The position numbers and the translations under genes are program-made. A DNA stretch of 64,000 nucleotides from Fibrobacterales bacterium. Its GTDB lineage: Bacteria > Fibrobacterota > Fibrobacteria > Fibrobacterales > JAOPTW01. A model generated the notes under the pieces. The model was not told the origin of the DNA and made no database searches. It was given only the letters and a program-made list of their open reading frames with translations. Positions 60,854-64,000 of the stretch are shown here, in pieces; the stretch's first letter is position 1, and every line of letters starts with the position of its first letter. The stretch covers positions 125,115 through 189,114 of the forward strand of contig JAOPTX010000032.1 of assembly GCA_051532055.1 (NCBI GenBank), in the 5' to 3' direction.

Positions 60854-60859
60854 TATTGA

Positions 60860-62380
60860 TTATCCTTCTACGTTAAAGACATCTTTAAATGACTTAAGAG
60901 CATTATTTATACGTCCTTCAATATCTTCAGTCATTTTTTGCTGAGTTACAATATCAGTATAAATATCAGAATGTTGACCATCTAAATAATCAACAAGCTC
61001 TTTTTCATAACGTACAACTTGATCAACAGGAACTTCTGCTAGATAATTATTCAAGCCAGCATAAATAACAATAATCATTTGCGAAACTTGATAAGGACTA
61101 TTCTCATTCTGTTTCATAAGTTCAACGAGGCGTTGACCTTTTTCAAGTTGGTCACGAGTCGCTTTATCCAAGTCTGAAGCAAACTGAGAGAAAGCTGCAA
61201 GCTCTCTATACTGCGCAAGCATTAGTTTAAGAGGAGATGCTACTTGTTTTGTTGCTTTAATTTGCGCATCACCACCAACACGTGATACCGAAATACCAAC
61301 ATTAACAGCAGGGCGCAAACCAGCATTAAAAAGATTCGAATCAAGGAATATCTGTCCATCTGTAATCGAAATTACATTTGTTGGAATATATGCAGATACG
61401 TCACCCGCTTGAGTTTCAACAATAGGAAGAGCAGTAAGTGATCCACCACCCTCTTTTTCAGACATTTTCGCAGCGCGTTCTAATAAACGTGAATGCAAAT
61501 AAAACACATCACCTGGGAATGCTTCTCGCCCTGGTGGTCTTCTTAAAAGAAGTGACATTTGTCTATACGCTTGAGCCTGCTTGGTAAGATCGTCATACAC
61601 AACTAATGCGTGCATACCATTATCTCTATAATACTCACCAAGTGATACACCACAATAAGGTGCAAGATACTGCATTGGAGCTGAGTCAGAGGCATTTGCA
61701 GCAACAATAGTTGTATACTCCATAGCCCCTGCTTTTTCTAATTTCTCTTTTACTTGTGCAATGGTCGAAGCTTTCTGACCAATACCAACATAGATACAGT
61801 ATACATCTTTACCTTTTTGATTGATGATTGCATCAATAGCAATGGCTGTTTTACCTGTTTTACGGTCACCAATAATAAGTTCACGTTGTCCACGGCCAAC
61901 AGGTATCATTGCATCAATAGACTTAATGCCTGTTTCCATTGGCTCACAAACGTCCATCCGCTCAATAATGCCCGGTGCTTTAGTTTCAAGCTGAATCTCT
62001 ATATCAGATTCAATGGCAGGTCCACCATCAACTGGTTGTCCAAGTGCATTCAGTACGCGACCGTTAGTAATTTTACCAACCTTAACCGATGCTACCTTAT
62101 TAGTCCGAAGAACAGTGTCCCCTTCTTTAATAGCATCAGCTTCACCAAGTACAGCAACACCAACATTGTCAGACTCAAGGTTGAGTACCAACCCTTGAAC
62201 GCCATTTTTAAACTCAACAAGTTCACCAGACATCACTTCTGAAAGTCCATGTACTCGTGCAATACCATCACCAACACTTAGTACGGTACCAACCTCATAG
62301 GTTTCCGCTTCAGTTTTGAAAGACTCTAGTTCTTTTAAAAGAATCGAAGATATTTCATCCGGTCTTATTTGTGTATCCAT
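60860..62380 (-). CDS. atpA: ATP synthase alpha subunit
   Basis: [15 protein letters not shown] and [21 protein letters not shown] motifs. Confidence 0.98.
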   Translation of the reverse strand: MDTQIRPDEISSILLKELESFKTEAETYEVGTVLSVGDGIARVHGLSEVMSGELVEFKNGVQGLVLNLESDNVGVAVLGEADAIKEGDTVLRTNKVASVKVGKITNGRVLNALGQPVDGGPAIESDIEIQLETKAPGIIERMDVCEPMETGIKSIDAMIPVGRGQRELIIGDRKTGKTAIAIDAIINQKGKDVYCIYVGIGQKASTIAQVKEKLEKAGAMEYTTIVAANASDSAPMQYLAPYCGVSLGEYYRDNGMHALVVYDDLTKQAQAYRQMSLLLRRPPGREAFPGDVFYLHSRLLERAAKMSEKEGGGSLTALPIVETQAGDVSAYIPTNVISITDGQIFLDSNLFNAGLRPAVNVGISVSRVGGDAQIKATKQVASPLKLMLAQYRELAAFSQFASDLDKATRDQLEKGQRLVELMKQNENSPYQVSQMIIVIYAGLNNYLAEVPVDQVVRYEKELVDYLDGQHSDIYTDIVTQQKMTEDIEGRINNALKSFKDVFNVEG

Positions 62381-62400
62381 GTATAAATCCTGTAGTTGAC

Positions 62401-62937
62401 TTAAGCCAACAATTTGTTTTTTAAATGCTCAAGTTTATTTTGAAGTGAATGATCTTCAACGAGATCACCAACTCTTACAATAAATCCACCAATAAGATTT
62501 GTATCTAACTGGTTGTCGAAAACATGCGTCATTGAATCACGTTTTTCATAACTTTTTGTAATCTGGCTCATTTGATCATCACTCAGTGGAGTCACACTAT
62601 AAATTGTACCTTTAACTACATTATTATAAGTATCAAGTACAAGTTGAAACTCTTGAATCACAGATCCGAGTAACTCCAATCGATTTTTTTTAATTAACAG
62701 ACGCAAAAAATGCATACTGAGTTCAGAAAGCTTAGAACCAAATGACTTAATAATTACTGACTCTTTATTACCGAGTGATACCACTGGGTTTTTTATAAAA
62801 GACTGAAATTCTTGGTTTTTGTTTAAAACCTCTAGAACTAAGTTAAGATCACTTTCAATGATATCTAGTGACCCCGCCTGTTTACCCGCAAGTAAAAACG
62901 TACGAGCATATCGTTCTACAATAGCCTTATGGACCAT
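62401..62937 (-). CDS. atpH: ATP synthase delta subunit
   Basis: RYA and [11 protein letters not shown]...D.S motifs; operon position. Confidence 0.93.
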   Translation of the reverse strand: MVHKAIVERYARTFLLAGKQAGSLDIIESDLNLVLEVLNKNQEFQSFIKNPVVSLGNKESVIIKSFGSKLSELSMHFLRLLIKKNRLELLGSVIQEFQLVLDTYNNVVKGTIYSVTPLSDDQMSQITKSYEKRDSMTHVFDNQLDTNLIGGFIVRVGDLVEDHSLQNKLEHLKNKLLA

Positions 62938-63540
62938 CTAATCCTCTAAACTTTTTATGTAGTTATCTACAATTTTTTTAGACTGATCGTTATCTATTTT
63001 CTCTTCGAGTAGCTTTTCAGCTGCGCCAATAGCTAAGTCAACCGTAGTTTTTCTTAGTTGAGAAATTGCTTCATTCTTCATAGCAGTAATCTCTTCTTTA
63101 GCAGACTCCACTATTTTAATTTTCTCATCTAGGGCGCCCTGCTCAATTTTTCGTCTATACTCTTCAGCACTTTTTTTAGCTTCAGAAACAATTTGTCCCG
63201 CTTCAGCTCTGCTTTCAGCAAGAATAGACTTCTGTTCAGTTGCAATTTTCTTAGACTCGTTTCGCGCCTCTTCAGCTTTTTCAAGCGAAGCATTAATAGT
63301 GCGATCTCGTTCATCAAGTGCATTGATGATTGGTCCCCATGCAAACTTTCTCAGAAGAAGCAGTAGAAGAAAAAACGTAATTAACGCCCAAATGCCAACA
63401 CCCGGATCAAGCTTTAGAAGCGGATTTTCATTTGATGCACCATGACTATCTGCAGCTTTCTCAACTGTTGCTACATGTTGATCTTGCCCAGAGTGGTCAC
63501 CGTGGTTTGCAGTAACTACACTTTTGCCTTCTTGTGACAT
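62938..63540 (-). CDS. atpF: ATP synthase Fo subunit b
   Basis: W...TF.LL..LL.KFAWGPI..AL.ER followed by a coiled coil; His-containing N-terminal extension. Confidence 0.93.
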   Translation of the reverse strand: MSQEGKSVVTANHGDHSGQDQHVATVEKAADSHGASNENPLLKLDPGVGIWALITFFLLLLLLRKFAWGPIINALDERDRTINASLEKAEEARNESKKIATEQKSILAESRAEAGQIVSEAKKSAEEYRRKIEQGALDEKIKIVESAKEEITAMKNEAISQLRKTTVDLAIGAAEKLLEEKIDNDQSKKIVDNYIKSLED

Positions 63541-63566
63541 ACTAAGTCCTTATAGTTAAGAGTAGC

Positions 63567-63791
63567 TTATTTATTTGCGAGAAGAATACAAATAACTTCA
63601 CCAAAAAGAGCAACACCTTCAATTAGTGCCGCAGCAATAATCATAGCAGTTTGAATTTTTGCTCCTGCTTCTGGTTGACGGGCAATACCGTCCATAGCTG
63701 CTGCTGCAAGTTTACCAATACCAAGTCCTGCACCAATTACTGCGAGACCAGCACCAATACCTGCACTTAAAAACGCCATGTTACCTTCCAT
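63567..63791 (-). CDS. atpE: ATP synthase Fo subunit c
   Basis: GAGLGIG, ARQPE and ALIEGVALF motifs. Confidence 0.96.
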   Translation of the reverse strand: MEGNMAFLSAGIGAGLAVIGAGLGIGKLAAAAMDGIARQPEAGAKIQTAMIIAAALIEGVALFGEVICILLANK

Positions 63792-63811
63792 TATTTACTC
63801 CTTGTTTTGAT

Positions 63812-64000
63812 CTAGTGATCTTGATTAATTGACATTCCAATAAACAGTGATGTGAGCAATGCGAACACATACGCCTGTAAAAACGCTACCATAATTTCGA
63901 GAACCGATATGAATAGTGCAAAGGGTACAAATGCTAATGAGAAAAATACCGATTTAAACACAATGATCATACCAAGTAGCGAAAAGATTATAAAGTGACC
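63812..64000 (-). CDS. atpB: ATP synthase Fo subunit a, C-terminal fragment (window edge)
   Basis: Manual translation: GHFIIFSLLGMIIVFKSVFFSLAFVPFALFISVLEIMVAFLQAYVFALLTSLFIGMSINQDH*. Confidence 0.93.
   Translation of the reverse strand, partial: GHFIIFSLLGMIIVFKSVFFSLAFVPFALFISVLEIMVAFLQAYVFALLTSLFIGMSINQDH

Noticed and set aside
63567..63791. Na+-translocating ATP synthase
   Set aside because: Subunit c has EGVALF rather than the E-S/T..Y plus Gln Na+ signature, so H+ coupling is more likely.

Overview
64 kb of an AT-rich bacterial chromosome, most likely Fibrobacterota (inferred from a TIGR02147-type gene upstream of a Ser-linker lipoprotein, SprA- and PorV-like type IX secretion proteins, a GH45 lipoprotein, futalosine-pathway MqnA and a short ATP synthase epsilon). 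Most of the window is housekeeping or envelope genes: rsmA, cysE, HU, panE, ychJ, rsmG, GH57, hldE/hldD, CCA enzyme, trpF, two OmpR-type two-component systems, mutY and the atp operon, which runs off the right edge. I saw no rRNA, tRNA, CRISPR array or mobile element. The best candidate for an undescribed system is a coupled ECF sigma / membrane anti-sigma / exported caspase operon. An R-x-K-G motif occurs both in the caspase linker and just outside the anti-sigma membrane helix, and a candidate ECF promoter lies upstream. Other unusual items: a HAD phosphatase fused to a degenerate ABC1/UbiB kinase, followed by an RxxD-retaining degenerate GGDEF protein, just downstream of sprA; a PorV-TPR-nucleotidase-propeller fusion; a 120-aa KKKVA-repeat H1-like protein with a structured 3' region; a porin/FMN-binding pair behind a Fur-box-like palindrome; and a 24-aa membrane peptide missing from the ORF track. 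All family calls come from motif recognition by eye; no searches were run.
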